Source of the DNA: Hydrolagus affinis
Taxonomy: Eukaryota
DNA: 64,000 nucleotides
NCBI GenBank assembly: GCA_012026655.1
Contig: JAAILG010000750.1
Location: 1 to 64,000, forward strand
Direction: 5' to 3'
Made by a program: the position numbers and the translations under genes. Position 1 is the stretch's first letter. Every line of letters starts with the position of its first letter. Positions 34,301-49,300 of the stretch are shown in pieces. The notes under the pieces were generated by a model. It made no database searches. It was given only the letters and a program-made list of their open reading frames with translations, and was not told where the DNA came from.

Positions 34301-37300
34301 ATGTATAGTTACTAAACTTGACAATAATTACTTGTTTGAGATGTTTCAACTTAATAAAGACGCTCTAAAAATGCAAGTTCTTTTTTTTTTTTAGCAAACT
34401 TGCCTTTGTGGCGAGAAGGTCCGGTGACCTGTGGCATACCCCAAACTTGCATTTTTGGCCCCCTTCCTTTCCTTATTTACAGGCTCCATCGTCATCATGG
34501 ATTGTCTACCATCTGCAAACACAGGGTCATCTTCCACATGCAGATGACGCCCAAATCTACTTCTCTAGCTCAGCTCCAGGTTCGCAGATGTCCTGTCAGC
34601 TTGCTTGTCAGACATCAAGGCTTGGATGAGTGCCATACTGCTTGGCTCCTGTTGATATTTTCTCTACTTTGGGCTCTGACCTCCTCAAACTCCCTGGCAT
34701 ATCATCTCAGACTTGCTGAACCTATGCACTAACATATAGGTGTCAGGTTCAATTGCTAGCTGTTCTTCCCACCGCACATCTGGTCCCTGACCAAGGCTAC
34801 TTTTCTCCACATCTGTCACATTGCCTGCAACGACTCACACTCAATATAGCCAAAATCCTTGTGCACTTCCCAGTATTTTACATAAAAGCTTGAAAGAACC
34901 TGTTACTAAACTGTCAACGTTCTGTGCATAACTCAACTTGACGGGTTGGGAGGAAGAGCAGTGAATAAAGACTAGAAAGTTGAAAGACTTTTGCAGGCTG
35001 AGTTGTGGACTTTTGATTTTATTTAGCAACAATTTGGCAGTCAGATGAGTTTCCCTCACATGACCTATTCTTGTTGAATCTGTATTTATGAAGAACAGCC
35101 AATATTCATTCCTTCTTTGATATTTGGTTGGGTGAGGAATGAAACATAAGGTAAGCTAATGACTTTTTAACCATTTGTTTTACAATGCTTTGAATGCATT
35201 TTGCAACGAGCATACAGCAGTTAAAATGAAGGAATGACAGTGAGGGAGTCGTCAGATTAGCACTTTTTGAGTAGAAAATGTGGATTCTTTGCGTTTGTGT
35301 ATTGCAATGACTGTATAAATAATAAGTACTGTACTTGTTTTCAATATAAAGTACTGTACTTGTTTTCAGCACATTGAAATATCTAAAAGTACAGTCATTC
35401 ACAAAGCTTTGATGTATGTTGAGCATGTGGAATAGACCAACTAAATAGGCGAGCAGTATCAGCAACTTCAAGACAGAAAACAAGATGACTATATTATCAA
35501 GAAATTATTGAGAGAGTTGAATAGGATTTATTATTTCTTGTTTTTACACTACCAGATAAACTGCACAAATAAAATTGGTCATTCATTTATGTTTTTGGGA
35601 CATTGCTGTGTACAGAAAATTGGTGGCTGTATTTCCATACAAAATACCGATGGCACTATTTGATAGGAGAGTATCTCACAGTGTACCGGCCAACAAACCA
35701 TCCCAAGATAAAATCGTTCATTCAGTCCATGGTTGTTTATGGGATAATGCAGAGTGCAAATTGAATGCTACTTTAATAGTCTACAAAATATGATGTCAAT
35801 AATACATTTTTCAGTATAATACATTTTGCCCACAAAGTATACAATGTGATAAAGTGCTACAGTATATCAAATACAAGGATTATTATTTCCTGGGAAGCCC
35901 TTTGAGGCAATGTATCCTTTGAAGCACTTTGAGGCATATTCTCAAAGTGAAAGGTACTATATCAAATGTAAGGATTACTACTATTATTGAGTTTTCCCTT
36001 TCCTATTCATTTCCATGTTGCTGAGCTTATTGCTTATTAGGTGAGAGAAACTGAGCAACTTTAAAGATGTTTCAATCTGGCCATACAGGGAAAAGTTCAG
36101 CGATTCAGTTTTTGCACCACCAGTCCTGTGTGAGCCTTCTTTCTTATAGCCACCAGAAATTGAATCAATGTACATGTTCAGTTTCTTTGGTGCCTCTGAG
36201 AAAATGGGAATGAATTTCACTGAACCAGTCGGACAGGGTTCCAATCCAAGTTTAGCCAAGTGATGCACGGGAGTGTCTGTGTGAAGCTTTGGTAGAATAA
36301 CACATTTGGAATCAGCAGAGAGCACTAAATAGTGTTAGGAAAGGAATGCCTAGCATGCGTTGTTGATTAACATATGAATTCCGATGCTCAGCTGAGATAC
36401 AGTCACCAAATTCCGAGTGCGAGATGGGTCCTTCAGTGGGGCCAGGAGAAAAAACAATTGGGAGAATCAGCACAGTGGTATTCCTGGTAACTGATTCAGA
36501 CCAATATTTGTATGCGTCTGTTTGTCACCTACCCTATTATACAGTTGGCTAGTATGTGACCGAAAAAGACCCAAGGAAAGAAGAAATATACCCTTGTTGT
36601 ACATGCGCGGACATATTGAGTCAGATTTAACTTTAAAAAGTGCTCTGTTGTATTCAGCCTCTAAATGCATAACGATTGGATGGGCAGTCTTGTGCAGCTG
36701 TGTCATCTAGAGCTGTTAGATTTCAGCAAATCACTGAATGAATACTTTGCATTTTCTTTTTTTAATTGTGGGCAGAACTGCATCATGTGGGTGCCACAGC
36801 TGCATCAACAGAACAGGAACAGCTTTTTAAAAAAAACATTAGCATCCCACAAATATTACCTAATGAGTGGAAAGAATTTGTGGGTGTTTCCAATATACAA
36901 CAGTAACCTGTTGTAGACTGCAGTTGTTTCATTTAATTTTTAACTGTTTGGGCTTTGTGTTCTATATTGAAGTTAATAGTATATTCTGTGAAGCGCTTTA
37001 AGATGTCTAGAAGACGTGAAAAGCGTTATTTCAAATGCAAGTATTATTATTAAGCCATTGGAAGCACTCAAAATAGAAAAAAAAAATTCATGCCATGTTC
37101 ACTAAACCATTTAAAAAAAAACTCTCAGGTGCAGCAAAATCCTCGCTTATTCTGGTACCTTACCCCATTAATTTCTTAATATTAAAGTTCAACAATGAGT
37201 CTTGGCAGACTTTTAACTATAACTGAATATAGTTCCGTTTTCAATGTCCACAAATCCTCACTCTAACAGTAGTCAGGTTAGATCTAGATCAGAAACATTC

Positions 37301-40300
37301 CTCATCAGGAAACATCAGGAAAGTCTTATCTCACATGGCACGTACAATGACCAGATATCCCTCCTGATTGTGCAGTCCACATTCCAGTCACCATTAGGTT
37401 TCCCCTTGTTCCACATTTTAAAATGCATCTGAGTTAGAACACTGCTTGATACTTGCAACCATTGAAACAAAACTATATTTGACATGTATCTGTACAAACT
37501 GATTTAGCTGTGTTAAGTGACTCATGAAACTGATTCAGGATTGTAAATACCCATGCCTTTGGGCACTTGCGAAGGTTTTTGGCATGCCTGTTGAATACAG
37601 GAGTTCCTGAAAAATGATAAATCACTGGGGAAACTATTTCCAATTAATAAGATTAATGTGAGACTGCAAGACTGATTGTCTTTGGAACTGTCAAATTCAC
37701 AATGTGGAAAGAGGTTTGCTATGTTCAAAGGATTAACCTCCAAATCCGATGGCTTTTGCACGATTCGCTATAATCCTTTCTAGAGTGACGTTTATGGTAC
37801 ATCTGTTTCCAAGGAAAATGATATCCCTGCTAGGCGTACGCTTACAAGCAGTGCTAGCCCCAGTGCTAAAACATGTTGTACTCTCGATTGTGAGTCAGTG
37901 ATGCTGAGAGTGAGGTGAATTTTAGTGAGAAAGGCCTTAAGGTATGGAGATTGTGGGTTGAAGGAAATGAGGCTTTCTGTAATTGATCTTTAAAAAAATG
38001 TTGATGTTAAGATTGTCAGGAATCTTCTGATTTGAGTATATTCTTTGCCCTGTGGTGTGGAACTGCAACTTGTCATTCCTCTTTACCTTGGAAAAGGCAC
38101 AATGTGGACTAACACCAAAATAACATATCTATTTTCTATCCCAAGCTCACTCCTAGCACAAGGATTCTAAGCTGCTTTTTGCTCCTTAGATCTTTCTCCT
38201 TCTCTTCCACCCTCCCTCCCCCATAGTAAAATTCCTGAAGAGGAATGTTTTTACTCAGTTTGATATACTGCAGACTTCATGAAGTAGTTGTTTACACCCC
38301 CTTTACTGTTAGCATACTGTTCTCAATGCAACAAGAGACTTAACTCCTGCCAGTCATTTGGGGCTACTCAAGTCCTTCTCTTTGCAATTTGTATATGGTT
38401 CTGCTCATAACATCTTACCAATGTCTACATGGAACTGTTAGATAAAATTTGTCAGGATGTGCTTTTTATAGTTTTTTTAAACCACCTAGCATTGTATGCT
38501 CTTCGCCAGAGAAGATAAATGATCCAGAAGGAAGAAATTGTATCTATTTGTACAAGAAAAAAAGTTGTATAAACAGATATGAGACATGTTTTAACATTGT
38601 GTCAGATGAACCTTAGAGGTTAAATGACCACGTGGGAACTTATTTCAGCACCGATTCCTGAGGTTCACTGAATGTTTTGAGTCATCCAGAAGAAATGAAA
38701 AGCGTTATATCAAATGCAAGGATTATTATTTATTATTATAGTTCTGAAGGGGCGTATATTACTCTTCTGCGTCAAAGTAACTTAAATACATTTTCCATAT
38801 ATCCTTGACCCAGTAAGCAAAAACTTGGAAGCTTGTCAAAAAGATAGCTCTTAGAATAACCTTGAAAGAACATCGTTCGCCATTTTATAATTTCTTAATA
38901 TCTTCAGCTGAGAAATGATTTGCAGCTTTTGAAGTCAGAGAAAAACAAAGAGGACATTTTTACAGGTAGCGTCGCAATATTAATGAATCAGAAGAAAGGT
39001 AGCTAGGAATTATTTGAATATAAATATTAATTACGTCTACTACATTATCACTTTATTTTCTGCAACTGCTTTATATCTCTTATTGTATAGATTGTATCAC
39101 AGTATTCTGTGACACTGCTACAACTACTCCTAGACACCAACCTGAAGTCTGTAGCATTGATCTTGTATCCAGCAAAAGGGATGTTAAATGCCTGGATCCA
39201 TTGTGTAGATTCAGGTGAGCGCCTGACACCTTCATACTTATTTCTTGTTTATAGGGTTACAACTGCTTTTAAAAATATATAAATGTACATATTTTTTGGT
39301 GTGGTGTCTTCTGGAGTAGAAACATTATGTTCTTTCTAGATTTGCCTCAGTTGAAGTGACTCATAGTGTCATTAATGTTTTATCATCTTACTGCCGTTGC
39401 TAAGGAGAATTTTCCGTATCAGTTTACTTGTTTCGATTTTCTGTAGGTGAAAGACTGTTAGTGAGATCTTTCATTTTCAAGGATAACAGAGAATGTTTAT
39501 TACTGCATGAATAGAATTAGGGTTTATAAGGGAAGAAAGAACTGAGTAACATCATCACTCGCGATATTGTGCTTTCAATCTTAAAACCCATGGCATGAAT
39601 ATTGGCTGCTTCGTCATATCTAGTTCGGGTAATCTTTGATAATTTCCTAAAGGTTTCTTTGTTATAGTAAGAACATCTTGGGATTGGAGAATATACAGTG
39701 AAAAATGAACTAAAGTAACATCTGTATTTGATTCCCCATGTTATGAGGAAAGACGTAAGAGTTGGGGTAGTCGTACAAAATAGTAATATGGTATACCTTT
39801 TGGACTTTGGATTTAGATGTGTTCCTGAGGAAAAATGAAGAGAGTTTCATTCTGTATCTGGTCTGTGAATAAGGTAATAATAACAATAATAATCCTTACA
39901 TTTGATATAGCACTTTTCACGTCTTCTAGATGTTTCAAAGCGCTTCACAGAATATATACTGTAAAGTGAATTGACTGTATATTTGTGGTCAAAACGCAGC
40001 AGCCAATTGCGTACAGTAGTATCGCACAGTCGTGGATTGAAATTACCAATTTATTATAGGTTTTGTTTAGACATTATTATTAGGTGTGTGCAGTAAGGAA
40101 ACTTGCCCAAGGTTTCACCCTGATCTGCCTGGACTCGAAACACAAGTCTCACACTTGTAAGGCGAGTGCTGTCAAAATAGAAAAGTTTAATTTTTCTGAG
40201 AACATTCATTCCTATCTCAGAACAAAATTGTACCAGAAGTTAATTGGGCAATGCAAGTGATTCTTTCTATACTTTATCTCCATTAAAGTAAGCATCATTC

Positions 40301-43300
40301 CCATGTTTTTTTTTACTGGTTCCCTTGATTCTGATGTGCAGTTAGATAAATCTGTCTGGAAGCTAGCTGTTTTTGTGTGCTGAAAAAGTTTAGGATTTAT
40401 TTATCGCACACTTCCTGGTTTCAATTGTGTGCATGCCTCGATCTTGTTTTGCCAAAGTGTGATATTTGTTGTTTGGTTGTTAATACACTTGGTCTCAATT
40501 TTGCTCTCGACTGTTTCAGACATTTGACCTATACAAATGTAATTTTGTTGTTCACACAATTGATTCCTTGACTTGCAATAGCTAGTGCCTCTCCATAATG
40601 GCTTGGGATCAACTATTTTTGGGTGGTGGGGTGAGATAAAGGAGAGTTCCTGTTAACATTTAATTTATTTGAAGGTAGCAACATTGTCTGATTCGAGGGC
40701 TGGTAGATTTTAGCCTCCAAAATGCACAGTAACCACACATATCACACAGTAAATCCTGTGACGTTCTCTGAGACATCCTACTGTCATGAAAGGCACTCTT
40801 ATCAAGGATTATTATGAAATGTTTTACTGCCACTGACCATTCAAACAGTGACTAGACTATTTCAGTTGTTTTAAAGGTTTTTGCTTTTTCTACTGGGGTC
40901 TTAAGAGCCCACTTATTAATGGAAACTAGAGACTACTTACTGTATTTGCATTTGACCATGTTAAACTCAACTTGTTAAAAAAAACACTTTGGCCACTCTG
41001 TCAGTCTTACAATGGGTAATTGAAGTTGACATGCTACTGCTTGTTCTCTTTCCTATCGTGGGTTGAGGCTCTTACTTTCAACTGAAAACAGATTGCAGAT
41101 CTTCTTCCTGTGGGTTTTTCTAATTTAAATCAAATTGAAATGTGTGGCAAAACTTTCCCCGTGTAAAATGATGACAGGCTCACTTCATCTGCCTCGTTGT
41201 CATACACTTCCACAGAAATTTCCTTGATGCCCCCTGACTAATTACAACAGGGACTTTGGTGATAAGTCACAGTTGGATGCAATAGAAAAACTGAGGTTTA
41301 TTTTCATAAAAACATCTGCAGATAATATGCATTGGGGATTTGGACCCATTTCTTCACACACAATTGTCTGTATTCTATTCAAATTATGGATTTTATTCTC
41401 CTGTGTTCTGTTGCTAGTTTTTCCTCAAATGTCGTATTTCAAAATCTAACCCTGAATAAATGATATTAATTTGCTCCACCAATAATTAATTTATTCATAG
41501 GGCTGCTAAATTGAAACTGTGCCACAATTTTGGATAATCCTAGATTCAATCTGTGCTGAATTAGCAAATATCAACAGGGTGCAATTGGTTTTAAGGGCTG
41601 TGATGAGCAAAATCCTGATTCTGATCTCTATTCGGTGAGTGTATCTGAACATTGTTGAGGTATCAGAAAATTCTTGGCACCAAGGAAACTTTACCCCCAT
41701 TGCATATCAGTCCTCGGAGGAAAGGGGAAATTGGAGGGGAACAAATATCTATCTTTATTTAGTGATCTATAGTAATTATTAAAATAGATTATTAAAGCTC
41801 CACCTCAGAAGCTCTCTCATCTGTAACAAGTTGTATTCAACTGGGGCAGGTCAGGTGCTGACAAAACAAAGGTATTGTATTACTTAACTAATGATAGCAA
41901 TTGCTAGGGGACTGTTGGCTTTAATGCCATTTCCTTTTGGACATGAATATTTTAACGTTGTGTTGACAGAAGGAGCCGAGGCGTTCTAAGGAAGCTGTTG
42001 CACTTCTCTTATTGAATACCATTACTCTGATACACAAAAGTTCCTGATCTGATTGATTGAGAAATTACTTGTTGGATCAAGAGAATATGAGCCTGAGACG
42101 CTTATCGAATTCCGGGAGGAGTGCAACAACAGCCCTGTCGTGCCTCGTGTTTATGGACAGAGTAAGTTTGAATTGAAGCCTCCAACTGGACCGCACATGA
42201 GGTGTACAAGTCTATGAGAATTAGGCACATTTATTATATTGATAATATTGCACAGTAAAAAATGTACAGGTAAAGAATGATGTATTTGTTGATTGAATTG
42301 TCTCTTGTATCTTGGGATAGAGAACATTGTGCACCAGAGATTGAAGATTTCACTCAAGGGCACTGAATTTTGTGTTGACTGAAACCCAACACTAAACTAA
42401 ATTTAGCACCGTGTTTGTTAGTGTGTTTGTTATTTATGTGTCCGACTCAGTCATTGGGCAGCATTGGTTTCTTTTGCAACTTTTCTTTACGAAAGAATTA
42501 ACCAAGAAATTAACAGAAGGGCACAGTAACCTTAGCCTTTGCATTCTGCAGTTGCAGCAAAAGGAAACATCTCCTGTTCGAGATCCTGCATAGGTTTGGC
42601 TGGTAAGTGCACTGCTGAATCTGGAGCTGAGTCATACAGATAGCATGTTTCATCTCTGCAATGAGCATTGAGTTATCTGATCTCAGCCAGTAGTATGCAA
42701 AACCGTTTCCCTGGCCATGGTTTTGGAAGAGGAAGAATCAGCCAATGTTCACAATTTTAACTTGTCTCAGGATTTGGGGTTGTCAAGTGAGGACTGATCA
42801 AGATTGACTGTGATTTTCACTCACGGTTTAATCCGCTGACGTTTTCTGCCAAATCTCAGCTGAGACATGAAGAATGTGTACGGGGTGGGGGTGGGTGATG
42901 GGGAGTGGGGGGGGTCGGAGGGGTTGTGAGGAGGAAGAGAAGTACCTAAGGGGGTGTGGGTCTATGATGCTTTTCCAAGGCATGTCACTGGCTGGCTAGG
43001 GGAGATGATGGAATTATGTAATACAAACAGATTATTATTTTCCCAGTCATGAGCAGTTTTAGTGCTAGGCATTTAACCTAGATTCAGGTTACAAGTTTAG
43101 CAATGGAATTTTGGAATAGAGTCAACCCTCTGTGGCAGTGTTGGTCGTATAGTTCCCGAGCCATGTGGATCCCCAGTAACCCAGACACTGCTGTTGACAG
43201 ACCAGCCAGCCTGACTCATTTATAGGACTTGGAAGTTACACACTGGTCACGGGGAGTCATAACCCTAGGAGGTAGGGTGATACTAGCTGTAGAAACAGGA

Positions 43301-46300
43301 AGCTTGCCAAACTGCTCTCAAAAACATGGTATGAGTAAGTATCCTAGACTGCAGGTAAGAGAAATACATTCCTCCCGGGAGAGAATGGACATGACATGCA
43401 CAATGGTTACGGATTTAAAAAACAAACATGTTTACCATTGTATTAAAAGGACTATTATCCTTTCAAGATGGGGGAAGTCCGAAACAAAGAGTCTAAATTT
43501 GTTTCAGTGTCAAGGATGTTGAAGTGTATGTTTGTATAATAATAATAATTCTTGAATTTGATATAGCGCTTTTCACGTCTTCTAAACGTCTCAAAGCGCT
43601 GCACAGAATATACTGTAAAGTGAATTGACTGTATATTGTGGGCGAAACGCGGCAGCCAGTTGTATATAAAGTATATACAGTGATGGGGGATTTCTTGGTG
43701 TGTGTGCGCATGTGTGCGAGCGGGGGAGGAAAGAAGATGACTTTGTGACGTATTCTTGTAAATGAGATTTTAATGAGTTTGAATTTAATGAGCTTCAATA
43801 CTTGTACAAGGCAAGGAAAATTAAAAAAAATTCCATTTAGTGCATTCTGTGGTTCTAGTTTAGAGGATAAAACTTTGACTGGAACATTCGCTCGGAGATG
43901 TTACCTGCGTGAGGTGCATTAAATAAATACAGGTTGTTGTTGATTCTTGTAAAGTTGTGAAAATTCAGTGTAGTAATGAAGAAAGGAGCAACCTTTTTTC
44001 TCTTTGAATTAATTCTGTTCCCTCTTGCTCTCAGGCTCAAAAACGTGATATTTCCGTGATGTTCTTAAGCTTACCATTTGAACAAAATTATATTTGAACG
44101 GAATGTTACATTAATAATTTTTCAAATATTTTTCTAGGTGTCTTTCTTTACCTTTCTCTAGGCCTAAGGACAATGTTTTATTGAGAGGGAACCACTCAGT
44201 GAGTTTTATAATAATAATCCTTGCGTTTGATATAGAATCTTATCAAGTCTTTGAGATGTCTGAAAGCGCTTCACAGAATGTACTGTAAAGTGAATTGACT
44301 ATATTTTGTGGGCAAAATGCGTACTGGCTACCGTCTTGTACGTGCTGTGTGTGTAGACAGTGAGTATCAATAGAATATTCAGCCATCAGAGGCACAATTG
44401 TTGTTTCCGGTATCTACAATTTTCCCTCATTCTTTCCAGCAGAATTTATTGGATAGTGAAGTTTCTGCTTCTCTCCACATTTGCACAGATTGCTGAGGTT
44501 AATTGTAGCATGTCAATGACCACCCTAGCTGGCATGGTTTGTCTGAGCCCAGACTGTAAATCAAACCTGCATTTCTCCTCTATTGTCTGTATGGCTGAGG
44601 TCCAGTTTGGCTCATTTGGTCATACACTCACTCCAAGCCCCACATTATGACTTTAGTCTGTGGTAAAAGGAAGTAGATCTCATCAAATCGGATGTATTAT
44701 GCAATTCTGACTCGCGTTACAAATATTGCATTTGAACACTATTTCAGAGCTGTGAAATCTTGTCCCCTTTCTTTTGCTTTACTATAAGTGACTCATTGAC
44801 TGGTGAAGGGAATGTGGACGGCAGTTGATGTTCTTTGTATAGTGTGAATAGTTTCCAATGAAGCCCTGTTGATGGTATCATGACATAGTATTAATTATCT
44901 TCTTTCTCTTGCAGCTTTCCAGTGGGAACCCTGTGTACGAGACCTACTACCGGCAGGTGAGAGAGATTTTTCGATTCAGAAACTGGGCAATTATCTAACT
45001 GGCAGGAAGCATGATATGAATAAGTGTTATAGGATCGATAGTGCACTGGTCTATGCTGAAGTCTTGCACGTACTGTTCCTGATGTTTGGTTTGTTCATTT
45101 GGTGTAAAAACATTTACTGCTTCTCCAAAGTAAATTTTTGTTAAATTTGAGTCATTTTACTGTGAGAAGCTATACTTTTTTTTCTTTGGTCATCTCGATA
45201 TTGGACACATATGAAAATTTATCACCAAGCTCAATAGTGTCTGCACCAAGCTACTGAAAGTTATTCTCTCCCTGGAATGATGCACAGTTTTCTGCTACTT
45301 GTCCAGCTAGGACCACCCTAGAGCTTCGGCTTGCAAACACCAGCACCATAATAATGATATAATATGAATAATAATCCTTGCATTTGATATAGTGCTTTCC
45401 ATGTCTTCTAGACGTTTCATAGCGCTTCACAGAATATATTGTAAAGTGAATTGACTGTATATTTGTGGGCAAAACGCGGCAGACAATTGATCACAGTAGT
45501 GTCCTGCAAACAGTCGTGGATTGAAGTGACCAATTTATTATTGCTTTTTTCCCTTGAGGGATAGTGTCAGATGTGTGGACTAAATTTGCCCAAGGTTTCA
45601 GCGTCCTGGAAACAGAACACAGGTCTCTCGCTTATGAGGCCAGCGTTCTAACCACTGAGCTACAGGGCTATATAGGGTCATAGTGATCACTTGTAGTTCA
45701 AAGGGCAACCTTGTTATAACCAGCTTAATTTTGTCTGTAATGCAAGATCTTTGAACCATAAGTGATTTAATGATTTAAATCCCAAACTGTATTCTGAGAA
45801 TAAACTATATGAATGTCAATGTCTCTGAATGCAAAACCACAGTGACTAATATCCAGATTGACAAAACTGTCATTGAAGGAAAATAGCTCCCCAGTGCAAG
45901 CTAAAAATGTTTCCTTTTTAAAGGTTTTTCATTTCAGGTAGTAATAGTTGAGTAGTTTGGTGACTTTGATAATGCTGTCTGGGTTACTGATTAGTATCTA
46001 AACGACTGCTTTTTTCCCACAGGTGGATCCAGCGCATACAGGAAAAGTTGGGCCCCACGAGGCAGCATTGTTCCTGAAAAAATCTGGTCTCTCGGATGTC
46101 ACCCTGGGAAAGGTAAGAACCAGCAGGCCCTACAAACAAAACCTTCAAGGTCGTTGACTATTTTCTATGTCGCAGAGGTCGCATTTAAATTTGCAGCCAC
46201 TTTAACTTTCCTTCAAACTGCTCAGTGTTTTGGACCGTCAGCAATCTGTGGTGGAAAACCCTATTTAAATATCTTTTTTCCTAGATTTGTAAAAGATTTT

Positions 46301-49300
46301 CCTAGATTTGTGAAATTTACTCGCATGAAGGGCACTATAAACCTGCAAGATGTTGCAGTTGTTGTGAAAAGGTGCTAAAAAATATTATTTCCTAAAGAAC
46401 CTATGTAGGAAATAGCAAGGAGCTGACTAATGTGCAAGTTGCTGCAGGAAAGGTGGTTTCATGTTCTATGTGCCTTTCTTACACTGTATTTGGGATTATA
46501 AACTTGTCAAGAAGACGGATGATTCATAAGGAAAGGGAATATTTTCAACCTATTACCGAGCATGACATGATTGTGACAGTGTGTAAGATATTCTCTCCCC
46601 TCCCAATCCTGTTTTACTGGCAACTTAACTACTGGCTTTGAAGGACAGGTTCAGTTGAGTCACTATGGCAGTTCTATTCTGTGTTCTGACTGTTTCTTGT
46701 GACTGCGTTTTGTGACTCCCGAGGGAGATTGATGAATTGCTGTCAATTAGTGCCAAAACGTGAGAATTGTGTTGTGGACTCATCCACAGTGAGTTGGACT
46801 GAGATGCTGACCACATAGGTTTCACTTGAGAGCTGCACTTAATGTGCTGCAAATACTTGACATTTCCTGCTCTGTCGATCACTAATGCCCAATAACAACA
46901 TCTTTGAAGCTTCACCAATGAATGTTTCCTGTCTTTAAAATGTGCCAATTTAAAAAAAAGAAGTCTTGGCAAACCCTTTTTTCCCCCTATGTCTGCCAAC
47001 AGAGAGTGTGGTTGAGAGAATTCAAGCCAAGGCATCATCTTCTTGGCAATAGTGCAAGTGCTTTCTTCCTTCCCAGAAGCAAAGCAATCAGCCTTTTAAG
47101 AGTGAATGACCTGGGAGTTGCTGAGCCAGAGCTCACAAAACCAATTCTAAACTCTGGCTAAAAGCGCACACAAAGCTGTCTTTTTCATATGAATGCTCCA
47201 CCACAATGCCATTTTAGGTCTTTTTTTGTCCCGATCCATTACTTCACAATTTAGCTTCTGTCTAGTAATTGTGATACTCCATTTCTGAGCAGGCTTGTTC
47301 CAAGCGCCATCTACTGGAGATGTTAAGTTAAGCATTGCAAACGTACCTACCTTCAAACCATCAGTCTATGCAATTTAACAACAGCCACAAAATTACATTT
47401 ATAGAGCATCTTTCACGTCGGGAGGACGTCCCAAGGTGCTACTTAAGTAGGGAGGTTCAATAAATCTCACTACTGAAACTCTTTACAGCTAGGCAGGCTA
47501 TGATCAAATCATCCAGTGTGTTTGTGAAATGATTGAAATGTTGGTGACAATTTGAATTCTCTCAGTTTTGCTTTAATGTTCTCCAGTGGTTTACATACTG
47601 TTAGAATGCCCTTTTTTTACATGGCATTGCACAGGTAGTATTCACTGCTGCAGTAAATGCGCTGTTGTTGCAAATTCTGTCCGTATTGTTGAATGGTTCA
47701 GGATCAAGGTGTTTTTTGATGGTAATGAGGGAAAGAGTGAGGAGAGAAAGAAGGGGGAAGTTGCTTATGGGCTAACTTGGTAACAACATATTGAGGGAGA
47801 GTGTTCCAGAGTTTTGTGGCGTGTTTGAAAGTGTGGCCTTTGATGGCCAAATGAAGGGCAGGGCATGAGGGGCAAGCAGGAGGCTACAACCAGTCAAGCT
47901 GAGGCATAAGGTTGTGGGGAGTAAGCAGGTCGGAGAGATAGGGAGGTTCCAGGGCATGAGGGGATTTTAACAGGAGTTAGGATTATGATGTTTTAGTGTA
48001 AAGCTGCTTGCTGGTGTGGATATGTATCGCATTGACTGATGACATCTAAGTTGTTAACTGTGGTGAACTAACAATCTTAACAGCAATCTAAACTGAACCT
48101 TAGGTACTATAGGTAACAGGGCCCTTTGATAAGAGAGCTTGTGAATATGTTATCTGTATCTTTTTATTAGGTTACTGCCTCCAATTTACTCCCTGATAAT
48201 CAGCAATATATGCATGAGTCTGGTAATGATTTGCAAAAGAAGTACTTTATCTGTGGTGTCAGATGAGACTAAAAACTGAGATATGATGCCGTATAAATGC
48301 ATTAAAATAATTTCTTTGTCTGAAGTCAAGTAAGAGAGCAGCAGTTTGCAAAGGCAATATTCATATCTGTCCTTCGTGACATAAACTGGATGAACTGAAC
48401 TACAACGATAAGATGTTTGACTCTTTGACACTGGGAATAATGTGCATTATATACGTCATATTAACTTGCTAACTAGGAACAAAAGACCAAAACGTATGCC
48501 TTAGTAATGGACTAATGGCATCGTATAGTTGCAACTTGTCAAATTATTGTGAAAACAAAAAATTTATGGACGCATTTCCACAATTAGTGGAAATGTAATA
48601 AGTACTTTATAAATCCCTTGCCAGTAAGCCATTTCTGTTAGATGACTGAATGGTGACATTACTGTTGGCTGAGGGACTTGGTATTAGTGTGGTAGAAGGC
48701 AGCATTCCCAGATTGATCTCAGTAGCTAAGTCCCTCATTATAAATCTATCTAATCACTTATGGAATATAAATTTTCTGTCACGTTTTTTATTAGACTAAA
48801 GGCTGTGAGCTGCTTGAAGCACTTGGATTGTCTCAGTTGGAGTTTGGCCCCTTTGAGACCAGAAACACTCATTACAACTGGATATTCGTTTGTTCTATGG
48901 AAGCAGCCAAGCAACGGCTGAAACGCATCAAAACCGAAGGAGGTTAATTAAATCCTGAGTCAATATCCAGTGTCCCCAATTCCATCACCTTTAATCTAAT
49001 ATCATGGACCACAATATAGTGTGTGCAGTTGTGCTCTGTATTGATATCTTTAAAACTAATAAACAGAATTCCTTTAACTCAGTAGCTCTGAGCTAAGTGA
49101 GCTGATTTCGCCTGAAGGAACAGACTTTTTCTCCCCGGGTTCGGGAGGGAATATTAGCCAGGGATTTCTCTCCCTATTGAAAGATCATTGCTCAAAAGTC
49201 ATGTGTGGCTGTTGGATGAAAGGATCAGACTCAATCCCAGTGGGCTGATAGCCTGCTGATATGCACATATTAAAAATGTCCAGTTGGATAGGGATCTATA

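Noticed and set aside
41168-41237. C-box-like ATGATGA and D-box CTGA 70 nt apart (possible C/D snoRNA)
   Set aside because: No convincing terminal stem or recognisable rRNA/snRNA guide; such pairs are expected by chance in a 26-kb intron.
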